Origin: a bacterium
GTDB lineage: Bacteria > Patescibacteriota > Microgenomatia > UBA1400 > UBA12108
Direction: 5' to 3'
Assembly (NCBI GenBank): GCA_043809365.1
Contig: JAZDDW010000009.1
Coordinates: 1 to 48,272 of the forward strand
DNA: 48,272 bases
How positions within the stretch are numbered: the stretch's first letter is position 1; every line of letters begins with the position of its first letter. A model generated the notes under the pieces. The model saw only the letters and a list, made by a program, of their open reading frames with translations, did no database searches and was not told the DNA's origin. Made by a program: the position numbers and the translations under genes. Positions 19,490-28,011 of this stretch are shown piece after piece.

Positions 19490-19613
19490 AGATAAATATC
19501 CGCCCGCATTTACACGTCACCCTGTCGGCTTTTTCCAAAGTTCTCCCACAACCCACGCACTGCCCTTTTGATAAAAGCCAAGCCTGAATCGGCGCAATGA
19601 CATTTTTTAACAT
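19440..19613 (-). CDS. Candidate 57-aa zinc-ribbon protein (below the ORF-track size cutoff)
   Basis: Hand translation gives MLKNVIAPIQAWLLSKGQCVGCGRTLEKADRVTCKCGRIFIYDKKTKIYHRALFSEV, with a CxxC-x11-CxC pattern. TAGACT (19621..19626) lies 7 nt upstream of the ATG. The ORF overlaps the mltG start by 50 nt, which counts against it. Confidence 0.3.
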   Translation of the reverse strand: MLKNVIAPIQAWLLSKGQCVGCGRTLEKADRVTCKCGRIFIYDKKTKIYHRALFSEV

Positions 19614-19628
19614 ATATTACAGTCTACA

Positions 19629-20009
19629 CTATTTTTGGAATTCTAGGTAATCTTCGAGAATGAGAACGGCTGCATAAACATGTTCATTTTGGAGTTTCCT
19701 ACGACTAGCTCCACTTTCCCGCAGTCGCAGTATTGCCTCTTGTGTTGAGAGTGTTTCTGGATGCAAGATTACCTCAACTCCAGTCTTTGTCTCTAAAGTT
19801 TGTCCGAATTTTGTGACTTCGTTGATTAGTCTCCCTTCAGGAATACCACAAACAATTTTTGTAATCCCCTCTCTCTGAACAATTTGTTGGATCTGCTGGA
19901 ATAATTTTTCCTTGTTAGGGAGTGATACTAGTGGAGTTGCCAGGCTAGACTCGGCTACTGCGAGCCCCACGTGAGCCTGACCATAATCTATCCCCAGGTA
20001 CTTGGTCAT
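19629..20009 (-). CDS. ruvX: Holliday-junction-resolvase-like / pre-16S rRNA nuclease RuvX (YqgF)
   Basis: The N-terminus is MTKYLGIDYGQAHVGLAVAE. ATG 20009 overlaps the sortase stop (ATGA). The longer track ORF start lies inside the sortase gene. Confidence 0.88.
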   Translation of the reverse strand: MTKYLGIDYGQAHVGLAVAESSLATPLVSLPNKEKLFQQIQQIVQREGITKIVCGIPEGRLINEVTKFGQTLETKTGVEVILHPETLSTQEAILRLRESGASRRKLQNEHVYAAVLILEDYLEFQK

Positions 20010-20752
20010 ATTATTTGTGCTCGGACAATTAGTCTCCGCAGATAAGTGCCTGGGGGAGTACAAGTAATGAGCGTCAGGTATCGCCCCCCATAGGTCTGCG
20101 CTAGAGGGGAGAGATCGTTAGGTGTTGTCTCATACATCTCCAAAATTTTGTAAGTATAACTAGCCCCCTCGGATGCGATCTCAATTGTTTCTCCGATAGC
20201 CAATGTATGCAGCGTCGAAAAAATCGTCAAATAATTTTTCGGATTAAAAAATTGAGGTAAAACCGAGTGGCCAAAAATCACCATATTACCGAGATCTCCT
20301 GGCATCGCCGTACCTGGATAATGGATGAGTGACTGCTTGAGGTCTGTGTGATCACTCTGCACTACAGCTCGATCGATTGCCAGGCTCGGGATCGAAAGAG
20401 TCGAGATCAAGTTTTGACTCGTTTTGTTTCCCGTATTCCCATTCCCCGCAAACCAGTTGGTAGAATCGGTGTAGTCGAGAGCGATATTAACAACTTCATC
20501 GGCAAATCTGGGGCTATCGTCAGCCTTGACCTGTTGAATGGGCAACTCTGTTAAGGGGGACAAGATCTTTGTTCTTTGTAACCTGGGAACATACATAATC
20601 TGGTAACTCACGAGCGGGTACGCCACCGTCGTAAAAATGGCCACTCCTAGAGTCAAAAAGCCCAAAGACATACCATAGCGCAATTTTTCCCCCCAAGTCA
20701 CAGGAATCTCTAATTGATAACCTGGGGGAGCTTTGACATATCGGTAAGTCAT
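20006..20752 (-). CDS. Sortase-family transpeptidase
   Basis: An N-terminal TM helix is followed by the His motif VIFGHS, the Cys motif LTLITCTP and the Arg motif RLIVRA. The ATG overlaps the upstream stop (ATGA). Confidence 0.85.
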   Translation of the reverse strand: MTYRYVKAPPGYQLEIPVTWGEKLRYGMSLGFLTLGVAIFTTVAYPLVSYQIMYVPRLQRTKILSPLTELPIQQVKADDSPRFADEVVNIALDYTDSTNWFAGNGNTGNKTSQNLISTLSIPSLAIDRAVVQSDHTDLKQSLIHYPGTAMPGDLGNMVIFGHSVLPQFFNPKNYLTIFSTLHTLAIGETIEIASEGASYTYKILEMYETTPNDLSPLAQTYGGRYLTLITCTPPGTYLRRLIVRAQII

Positions 20753-22836
20753 ATCGAATCTGGGGATATGGTGATCAGGATTTTTTTTGCATTTCTTGGC
20801 ATCGTCTTAAATCGTGGGGGTAACCATTTTGGCACAATCGTCGTGCTAACCTCTTGGAATCCAGGAATTTCCCTCTCGAGTATTTCTGCGATCTCGCTCC
20901 CTCTCTTTCCCTTCAGCTTGGTAGACAAGGCAGTCAGATCCCAGTTGGGGAGTAAAGCGATCTGGACTTTGGCTTGACCCTTTACTTGATCTCCCGTATC
21001 GCTTATGGTCTCTGCCGTGAGCTCAACGGTCGCGGGAGTTGGTGAGCGCACAAATCCAGCCGGGATGGCTTGATCAATATTCGAGTTGATGAGCTCTGTC
21101 ACGTCACTGGTTTGGTAATGGAGGATTGACACTGCCAACGTCAAATTCCCTTGCAGAGTCTTGGCTTGTTCACCTACTTTAGCCGAGTATTGCTCTTTGT
21201 TGACTTTGGCAGTTGAGGTAATCAAGTATACAGCTTCTCCTGGACTATTTGCTTGGATATTTGCCGTAATTTGCGTTAACAACTCTTCAGTCAAAGAACT
21301 CACCAAACTTTTCTGATCTTCCTTCGCCACAACTTGGATTTCTTCCGCGGTGCCCCCTGTAAGTGCAGACTCATTTTTGGCCACGTAACTCTCACGGCCA
21401 AAATTCATAATCGTAAACTCTGCTTGTGCGGCCAAATTGCTCTCTGACCCTAGAGTCGCTGCAGTAATAGCGACAGTAGTTTTGCCCGGCACATCGATAT
21501 AGTCCGATCCTGCTGATTTACTTGCCACACTTACATCAGAATCCAGAGTATATTTCAGTGATCCATTGGAAATAGAGGTTCCTTTGGGAAAAATTTTGGT
21601 CAGTGTCGTTCGATTATAAATCGTTACTTCACCTTTAGCTTTTTCTCCCACTGTCTTTTTACCCGTCGCCTCCACGATTTTTTCTCCCGTCGCTTCCGTA
21701 GTCTCCAATTTTGCTGGTACTACTCCTCCTGTAATATCGACAACTACATCAGTTGTCGACAGCGTAAGATCTACCTCTTGGTCCAATATTTTTGGTGTCA
21801 CCCAGATATCAACTTGTGCGCTCGGCAGAATCCAAGTGAACCACAAGGCTCCCCCCGTCAAGATCATCACTATGCTCAACGCCATCAGAGTTGACTTCTT
21901 CCCCACCGGGAAATGCCAATCAATTTTGGGAATTTTAATCACCATTTTTTTTCTTTCCTTCACAACTTCCTCCACCACCTCCGCTTCTTCCCCAAAACCA
22001 ATCTCGTCTGGGGAAACCAGTTCTGGTTCTGTTACCTCCAAAGTGGGCTTAACTTCTGGTTCACTTAAGGTAAAACCCAGGCTCTTTGCAACTTCACTCC
22101 CTCCCGCCAGGGCCAGAGCCCTGATCGTCACATCTTTAGGGAGCGTTTCAACTTTGGGAATATGTAAAAACTTAAACTGACTCTGCCACTCAACTGCTAT
22201 AAGACTCTGGCTAATTTCGTCCAGGTTGTGCATATTATTAAACAGAATAATCCTGGAGGGTAGATTATCACTCACCTTGAATCGGGCAATCCCCTCCAAG
22301 ACATCTGTAACCACATCATCACCGCGTCCAATCGTCTCTAGATTTTCTATGTGCCCTAGTCGTACAAGTACGAGGGTGAGTTCATCCCGGCTTACTTGGA
22401 TCAGAATCGAGGTTGCCGGAGTTCCCTCCTGCATCTTGAGATAACTTAACACACTATCAGTAATGGCTACGTAACCTAGGGGTTTGAGCTCTAGTTCATG
22501 ACAAATATTCTTGATAAAATCTCGTTTCGATCCCAAGATCCCCGCTTTGTCCGTCCAGCTGGGTAAAATCCCCAAAATAATCTCGTTGGGTTCTTGGGTC
22601 ATACCCTCTGTCGCACTAGATATCGTAGCATCAACCGCCGTAATAAGTTCGCGTGTTGTCCCCGTATCTCCATCCCATTCGACAGGGGTCCCCAGAGCCA
22701 CAATCTCCGTTTGTTCATTCACCACTTGCCAAACAGCCGCCTGCACGACTTCGTCCGTTAAAACCAGCGCCAAGAACTGCTTCAGCTCTTCCTTTTCTTT
22801 GCCCTTTAATTTACCCAAAAAACTCCCAATCTCCAT
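20749..22836 (-). CDS. 695-aa bitopic membrane protein: cytoplasmic FtsA/PilM-like (degenerate actin-fold?) region, one TM, about 370-aa beta-rich ectodomain
   Basis: The only hydrophobic helix is LMALSIVMILTGGALWFTWILP, at about residue 310. The N-terminal pattern FLALVLTDEVVQAAVWQV..EIVALG resembles the first strands of actin-like ATPases but lacks DxG. The start is set at ATG 22836; the track start at 22854 is a TTG. Confidence 0.55.
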   Translation of the reverse strand: MEIGSFLGKLKGKEKEELKQFLALVLTDEVVQAAVWQVVNEQTEIVALGTPVEWDGDTGTTRELITAVDATISSATEGMTQEPNEIILGILPSWTDKAGILGSKRDFIKNICHELELKPLGYVAITDSVLSYLKMQEGTPATSILIQVSRDELTLVLVRLGHIENLETIGRGDDVVTDVLEGIARFKVSDNLPSRIILFNNMHNLDEISQSLIAVEWQSQFKFLHIPKVETLPKDVTIRALALAGGSEVAKSLGFTLSEPEVKPTLEVTEPELVSPDEIGFGEEAEVVEEVVKERKKMVIKIPKIDWHFPVGKKSTLMALSIVMILTGGALWFTWILPSAQVDIWVTPKILDQEVDLTLSTTDVVVDITGGVVPAKLETTEATGEKIVEATGKKTVGEKAKGEVTIYNRTTLTKIFPKGTSISNGSLKYTLDSDVSVASKSAGSDYIDVPGKTTVAITAATLGSESNLAAQAEFTIMNFGRESYVAKNESALTGGTAEEIQVVAKEDQKSLVSSLTEELLTQITANIQANSPGEAVYLITSTAKVNKEQYSAKVGEQAKTLQGNLTLAVSILHYQTSDVTELINSNIDQAIPAGFVRSPTPATVELTAETISDTGDQVKGQAKVQIALLPNWDLTALSTKLKGKRGSEIAEILEREIPGFQEVSTTIVPKWLPPRFKTMPRNAKKILITISPDSI

Positions 22837-22842
22837 ACCTCT

Positions 22843-22851
22843 AGGATAGCA
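22843..22851 (-). promoter_or_regulatory. Extended -10 TGcTATCCT, 6 nt upstream of ATG 22836 (leaderless candidate)
   Basis: The minus strand reads ttgTGcTATCCTagaggtATG, directly after the alaS stop. Confidence 0.5.
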
Positions 22852-22856
22852 CAAAA

Positions 22857-24638
22857 TTATTCAGCGAGTTTGGCGTAGATCCGACGCTTGCCTGACCCCA
22901 GCGCCTCGTCTTTGTAAATCTCGATTTTACCGATCTCCCCCGTATGGCCTACATGCGGTCCACCACAGAGCTCACGAGAATAATCGCCGATCGTATACAC
23001 GCTCACTTTTTCGGGATATTTCTCCGCAAAAAAAGCTCGCGCCCCGCTCTTGATTGCACTTGCTTTATCCTCTATCGTTTTAACGGCTGGGAGATTGGCT
23101 TTGATTTTCTCATTCACGATTTTCTCAATATTTTTGAGTTGTTCACTCGTTGGTTTGTCCCCGTAAGTGTAGTCAAACCGTAGTCTCTCGCTGGTAATGT
23201 TACTCCCCGCCTGGGTCACAGTTTTTCCGAGTACATCAAACAAAGCCTGGTGGAGTAGGTGTGTCGCCGTATGGTATTTGGTCGTGATCTCTCCAGAATC
23301 CGCGAGCCCTCCCTTAAACATCCCCGCACTCGCCGTCCGACTCTCAACCTTATGTTTGGCAAAAATTTCTTCAAACTTGGACTGGTCTAGCATCACCCCA
23401 GTTTCTCCTACCAGTTCCCGCGTAATTTCAAAAGGGAAGCCCAAATTCTGATAAAGATCAAACGCCAACTGTTCCGTAATCGATCCCGCCCCCACCCTGG
23501 AAATCTCTTTGAGTCCTCGATTCAAAGCTTGATCAAATTTAGTCAGTTCTTGCTTCACCACTTCACTCACCCTCCCTGCTATCTCAGGTAAGATGTATCC
23601 CGCCCTCGCATATTCCTCCACTACGCTGGGTATGCATTCGCCAAAAATCTTCTTCACGTCTGCCTCCAGTCGCCTCGCTCGTACCGCCGCCCTTCGCAGT
23701 AGCCTCCGCAACACGTAACCTTGGAGTTTATTACTCGGCTCAATCCCCTGGGCAATCATAAAGGTAGCGGCCCGCAGATGGTCGGCAATCACTCGCATCG
23801 CTGGCTTGTACTCTCCCCCATATTTCTTCCCACTTGACACTTCGATACTTCGAAGTATCGAAGTAAACAGGTCGATTTGGAAAATATCGGGATCGTTGTT
23901 GACCGCGGCGGCGATCCGCTCTAGTCCTCCGCCAAAATCAACGTTTTGTGCGGGGAGGGGTTTGAAACCACCTTCGATTTTTTCGTAAGCCATAAACACC
24001 GAGTTACCAATTTCCAAAAATCGTCCACAATCACAGTTGGGGTGGCATTTATCTCCAAATTTGTTGTCGTGGACCACATCGCTAAACTCAAAAAAGATTT
24101 CGGACGTAGGGCCACCAATCTCGCCAACCGGCATCTGCTCGGGAGTGCCAGCCCGACTCCACCAATTTTTTTTGCCGGGGTAGTAAACAATATGATTGTC
24201 TGTCACACCCAACGACTTCCAGATTTTGTATGATTCAAGATCTTTTGCCACATATTCGTTACCCTCAAACAAGGTGACGTACAACTTTTCCTTTGGCAAA
24301 CCCAGCTCGACGGTAAAAAATTCCCAGATCCATGGCAATTGTTCTTGCTTAAAGTAATCACCTAGGCTCCAGTTGCCGAGCATCTCAAACATGCAGGTAT
24401 GGCGGTTGTCCCCCACCTCCTCGATATCTTCGGTCCGCAGGGAGGGTTGGGAATCAACAATCCGCTTACCCATCGGGTGTGGTTCTCCTTTGAGGTATGG
24501 CACCATCTGTTGCATCCCACTACTTGTAAATAGGGTAGTGGGGTCATCCGGTGGCACAATCGGTGCCGCCGGGATGATCGCGTGTCCCCTGGCTGCAAAA
24601 AACGCTAAATATTTTGCTCTGATTTCACTAGCTTTCAT
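22857..24638 (-). CDS. alaS: Alanine--tRNA ligase, short form (593 aa) lacking the C-Ala/DHHA1 C-terminal domain
   Basis: Motifs FFAARGH, TLFTSSGMQQ, the editing-site HTATHLLHQAL and CGGPHV are present. The protein ends about 30 aa after the editing domain. Confidence 0.95.
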   Translation of the reverse strand: MKASEIRAKYLAFFAARGHAIIPAAPIVPPDDPTTLFTSSGMQQMVPYLKGEPHPMGKRIVDSQPSLRTEDIEEVGDNRHTCMFEMLGNWSLGDYFKQEQLPWIWEFFTVELGLPKEKLYVTLFEGNEYVAKDLESYKIWKSLGVTDNHIVYYPGKKNWWSRAGTPEQMPVGEIGGPTSEIFFEFSDVVHDNKFGDKCHPNCDCGRFLEIGNSVFMAYEKIEGGFKPLPAQNVDFGGGLERIAAAVNNDPDIFQIDLFTSILRSIEVSSGKKYGGEYKPAMRVIADHLRAATFMIAQGIEPSNKLQGYVLRRLLRRAAVRARRLEADVKKIFGECIPSVVEEYARAGYILPEIAGRVSEVVKQELTKFDQALNRGLKEISRVGAGSITEQLAFDLYQNLGFPFEITRELVGETGVMLDQSKFEEIFAKHKVESRTASAGMFKGGLADSGEITTKYHTATHLLHQALFDVLGKTVTQAGSNITSERLRFDYTYGDKPTSEQLKNIEKIVNEKIKANLPAVKTIEDKASAIKSGARAFFAEKYPEKVSVYTIGDYSRELCGGPHVGHTGEIGKIEIYKDEALGSGKRRIYAKLAE

Positions 24639-24645
24639 GAAAAGA

Positions 24646-24651
24646 ATTATA
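24646..24651 (-). promoter_or_regulatory. -10 box TATAAT, 7 nt upstream of the alaS ATG (leaderless candidate)
   Basis: The minus strand reads aggtTATAATtcttttcATG. Confidence 0.5.
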
Positions 24652-24653
24652 AC

Positions 24654-24995
24654 CTATTTCCCTAGCGAAGCGCCCATCTTCTGAAAAAAATTCTTCTTCG
24701 GCGCATGTTTGGGAGCTTCGGTAGCGTCAGCCACCTTCTCTGCCGCACTATTTATTGTGGCTCGCGCTTTGTCCATAGTTTTCTGCAAATCTGCAATTTT
24801 GCCGGAGAGCGCCGGGTTATCGCCTAGATCCTTGAGCGCTTCCCCCGCATTTTCTTTCAGATTCTCCAGCAACTTTTTACCTTTTTCCGTATTCATCAAA
24901 AAATGCGCACTCGCCGCTCCCGTGACGAGCCCAAAAAGTAGCCCAGCGGTAAAGCCAGAACTGTCCCCGTGGCGACTACATTGGCAATCACTCAT
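24654..24995 (-). CDS. YtxH-like small membrane-anchored protein
   Basis: One TM helix (GFTAGLLFGLVTGAASAHFL) is followed by a charged helical tail (KGKKLLENLKENAGEALKDL). Confidence 0.6.
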   Translation of the reverse strand: MSDCQCSRHGDSSGFTAGLLFGLVTGAASAHFLMNTEKGKKLLENLKENAGEALKDLGDNPALSGKIADLQKTMDKARATINSAAEKVADATEAPKHAPKKNFFQKMGASLGK

Positions 24996-24996
24996 C

Positions 24997-25263
24997 TTAT
25001 TTCTTGGTTTTCGGTGTAATTAATTTTGTCACCATCGAAACTAGTTGGACACCAGACTCCAGACTCGTGAACATATGCGAGAGAGTAGAGCTCCCCCGCG
25101 ACAGACTCCGGGTCAAAAACCCGACATCTTCGAGGATTAAATCGGTTTTATGTAAAGTTTCCTTGGCTTCTTTCAGAAGTCCGATAATCTGCACCCCAAT
25201 GATAATGAGAATGACAGCAACAACAACAATCACAATCATGAGCACAACTTGCGGCAGGTCCAT
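24997..25263 (-). CDS. DUF948-like small membrane protein
   Basis: 88 aa, with an N-terminal TM helix (VVLMIVIVVVAVILIIIGVQIIGLL) followed by an amphipathic helix. It is adjacent to the YtxH-like gene, as in Firmicutes. Confidence 0.5.
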   Translation of the reverse strand: MDLPQVVLMIVIVVVAVILIIIGVQIIGLLKEAKETLHKTDLILEDVGFLTRSLSRGSSTLSHMFTSLESGVQLVSMVTKLITPKTKK

Positions 25264-25269
25264 ACCAAT

Positions 25270-25278
25270 AGGATAACA
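25270..25278 (-). promoter_or_regulatory. Extended -10 TGtTATCCT, 6 nt upstream of ATG 25263 (leaderless candidate)
   Basis: The minus strand reads tcTGtTATCCTattggtATG. Confidence 0.5.
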
Positions 25279-25280
25279 GA

Positions 25281-25907
25281 CTATTTGGAAACGGTAAAGG
25301 TCCGCTCGGCTTGGCGAGTTTTACCTTGCCGATTAGTCGCGGTTATCAGTACCGAATGCGTCCCCGCCGGGAACACCAAGTCTAGGCTAAACTGACCATT
25401 TTGGTCCAAAATAACTTTTTGCCCGTTGATCGAAACGGCTGCATCTTGTTCAGAAGTTCCCTTCACCGTCACTTTTTCCCCGTAGGTATCTCCATTTTGT
25501 GGCTGTAAAATTTTCAGTTTTGGCAGACTCCACCAAGATGTGAGTTGCCAACCCAAAAATCCCGCAAAAGCTACTACCCCAATTGAGAGAAGAATGAGAT
25601 TGACACTCAGGAATTTTGGTTTGGCATTGACGGGCGTCACGAGTCCTCTCGGGATTATCTCTCCTTTTCGATTTTGCGTAAAATCACGTCGGAACATCGC
25701 TACCATCGTTTCGGCATTGAGGTGAAGACAATTAGCATAGCTTCGCAAAAATCCCATGGCAAAAGTTGAGGAGGGTAAATCAGCAAAGTGTGACTCCTCG
25801 ATCGCTTGGAGATATTCGGGTTTGATCTTCGTTTTTGCGGATACCGTTGCCAAGTCCAACTCTAAAATTAAACGTTTTTCTCTCAATAACTCTCCCGCTG
25901 TTTTCAT
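25281..25907 (-). CDS. rodZ: RodZ-like protein (HTH + TM + extracytoplasmic beta domain)
   Basis: The N-terminal HTH is ELLREKRLILELDLATVSAKTKIKPEYLQAIEE, followed by GFLRSYANCL and one TM helix. The ATG overlaps the ftsK stop (ATGA). Confidence 0.6.
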   Translation of the reverse strand: MKTAGELLREKRLILELDLATVSAKTKIKPEYLQAIEESHFADLPSSTFAMGFLRSYANCLHLNAETMVAMFRRDFTQNRKGEIIPRGLVTPVNAKPKFLSVNLILLSIGVVAFAGFLGWQLTSWWSLPKLKILQPQNGDTYGEKVTVKGTSEQDAAVSINGQKVILDQNGQFSLDLVFPAGTHSVLITATNRQGKTRQAERTFTVSK

Positions 25908-28009
25908 GTGTCCTCACGGACATGTAGTTGGTCCAAACTAGTAATCAAAATAGATCTTGGTTTAATCCCTTCGGCTTGTCCGATTACTCCAGCTTTTTCG
26001 AGTTGATCCATAATCTTGGCCGCGCGGTTATATCCAAGAGACATCTTCCGTTGTAAATACGAAGTCGAGGCTTTACCTGCCGCCATCACTACCCCCGCCG
26101 CTTCTTCAAACAAAGGATCTCGTTCAGTATAACTTACCGTTTCGGTTTCTGTGCCCAAATATTTCTCCGTAACTTCGGCCTTGTACTCTACCGCCTCTTG
26201 ACCGCTCGCTTTCAGGAAATCGATCAAAGCCTTGATTTCTTTATTTGTGACATACGTTCCTTGAATACGGGTAGGGAGTGGTTTATCCGATGGGACATAG
26301 AGCATGTCACCTCGCCCCAAAAGTTTCTCTGCACCTGGACTATCGATAATCACGCGTGAATCAATCATCGAAGTTACGTTAAATGCTATCCGAGCCGGAA
26401 TATTCGCCTTGATCAAGCCAGTAATGACGTTCACCGAGGGGCGTTGGGTTGCAATCACCAAATGAATTCCCGTAGCTCTAGCCATCTGTGCTAGTCTCAC
26501 GATCAAATCCTCAACTTTCGATGGTGCCGTCAGCATAATACTCGCCAGCTCATCGATGACGATGACAATATACTCTAGAGCCGTAAATCCAGATTGTTCG
26601 TTATAGTCTTCGATATTGCGCGCCCCAACTTCTGCAAACATTTTGTAACGCTTGTCCATTTCTTTGGTTGCCCACTGCAACGCCGAGATAACTCGATCGG
26701 TCTCGGTAATGACTGGGGTCAATAGGTGCGGAATTCCGTTATATCCCGTGAGCTCTACTCGTTTAGGATCTACCATAATCAAACGTAATTCTTGGGGAGA
26801 ATTACGGAAGAGAAGGGTAGTAATAATTGTATTTAGACACACAGATTTTCCGGAGTTTGTCGATCCTGCGACCAGAATATGGGGCATTTTTGTAATGTCT
26901 GCAATCACCGGGGTACCAGAGACTCCCAGCCCTAGTCCGACCGCCAAGCGAGATTTCTCTTTTTTCATATCTGGGTGGGACATAATTTCTGACAAAGTTA
27001 CGTATTCTGGGCTCCGGTTGGGGATCTCAATGCCCACCAAGTTACGTCCGGGGATTGGTGCCTCAATCCGGATTTGTCCCGTTGGAGCTGACAAAGCCAA
27101 CGCCAAATCAGTCTGTAGAGCCTTCACTTTCGAAAGTTTGGTCCCATCCGCAATCTTGATCGCGTATTGAGTGATCGCTGGTCCTCCATTAACTTCCGCG
27201 ACTTTCGCCCGGATCCCAAATGAGTCCAAGGTACTCTCGATAATTGTCGCATTTTCTTTAATGTCTCCGCGATCTGCCTTGGTACCTTTGTCTGGAGATA
27301 ACAACGAAAGTGGGGGATACTTCCAGATTTTTGTGGATCCTTCTTTACCCATTCCAGAGTTGATTTGGGATTCAAAATCAGGTGGATTTACGTCTCGTTT
27401 TAATAGAGTTTGTGTCTGGGATGGAGTTGGATCGGCTGGAAGGTTAATTTTGGTCTGTATTTTCTCTCCCACATATTTTATCGGAATACTTGACTTAGCT
27501 TTGTGAGCAAACACTTTTAGAATAACCCCTCCTATCGTTTTTACAAATCCTGCCACCGCTAGCACAAACTCTTCGAGTGGTGTATTGGTCAGAACCATCA
27601 TCCCCACGATTCCCACCCCCATATACACAATTACCGCTCCTGCTTTCGTCAAGAAAATTGCAATCGAACCAAAAATCGTTTCTCCCAGTGTCCCTGCTTG
27701 TGACAATCCCAGTAGTCCGGTAAATACCAGGGTGCCCCCGAGTAACAAACTCGGAGACGCCAATGACCACTTCAAGCTCATCATCATCAGGCTAATCGAT
27801 AAGAGGAGAAAGGGGACCATCAGCATAGTCCAACCAAAAGCTCGGTCCATGACTAAAAACACGTTAGCCAAAAGAGTACCTTGTCGTGTAAATGAGAGTA
27901 GTGTGATTAGTGCCAAAGCCGCAAAAAACACGCTCACGGTGCTATGAAGAATTTCTTTCTTTAATTTTAGTTTAAAGGGATTTTTTCTTCTTCCCCGTCT
28001 ATGGCTCAT
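25904..28009 (-). CDS. ftsK: DNA translocase FtsK/SpoIIIE
   Basis: An N-terminal 4-TM region is followed by Walker A VAGSTNSGKSV, IVIVIDELA and the gamma-domain winged helix (YLQRKMSLGYNRAAKIMDQLE). Confidence 0.93.
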   Translation of the reverse strand: MSHRRGRRKNPFKLKLKKEILHSTVSVFFAALALITLLSFTRQGTLLANVFLVMDRAFGWTMLMVPFLLLSISLMMMSLKWSLASPSLLLGGTLVFTGLLGLSQAGTLGETIFGSIAIFLTKAGAVIVYMGVGIVGMMVLTNTPLEEFVLAVAGFVKTIGGVILKVFAHKAKSSIPIKYVGEKIQTKINLPADPTPSQTQTLLKRDVNPPDFESQINSGMGKEGSTKIWKYPPLSLLSPDKGTKADRGDIKENATIIESTLDSFGIRAKVAEVNGGPAITQYAIKIADGTKLSKVKALQTDLALALSAPTGQIRIEAPIPGRNLVGIEIPNRSPEYVTLSEIMSHPDMKKEKSRLAVGLGLGVSGTPVIADITKMPHILVAGSTNSGKSVCLNTIITTLLFRNSPQELRLIMVDPKRVELTGYNGIPHLLTPVITETDRVISALQWATKEMDKRYKMFAEVGARNIEDYNEQSGFTALEYIVIVIDELASIMLTAPSKVEDLIVRLAQMARATGIHLVIATQRPSVNVITGLIKANIPARIAFNVTSMIDSRVIIDSPGAEKLLGRGDMLYVPSDKPLPTRIQGTYVTNKEIKALIDFLKASGQEAVEYKAEVTEKYLGTETETVSYTERDPLFEEAAGVVMAAGKASTSYLQRKMSLGYNRAAKIMDQLEKAGVIGQAEGIKPRSILITSLDQLHVREDT

Positions 28010-28011
28010 AG

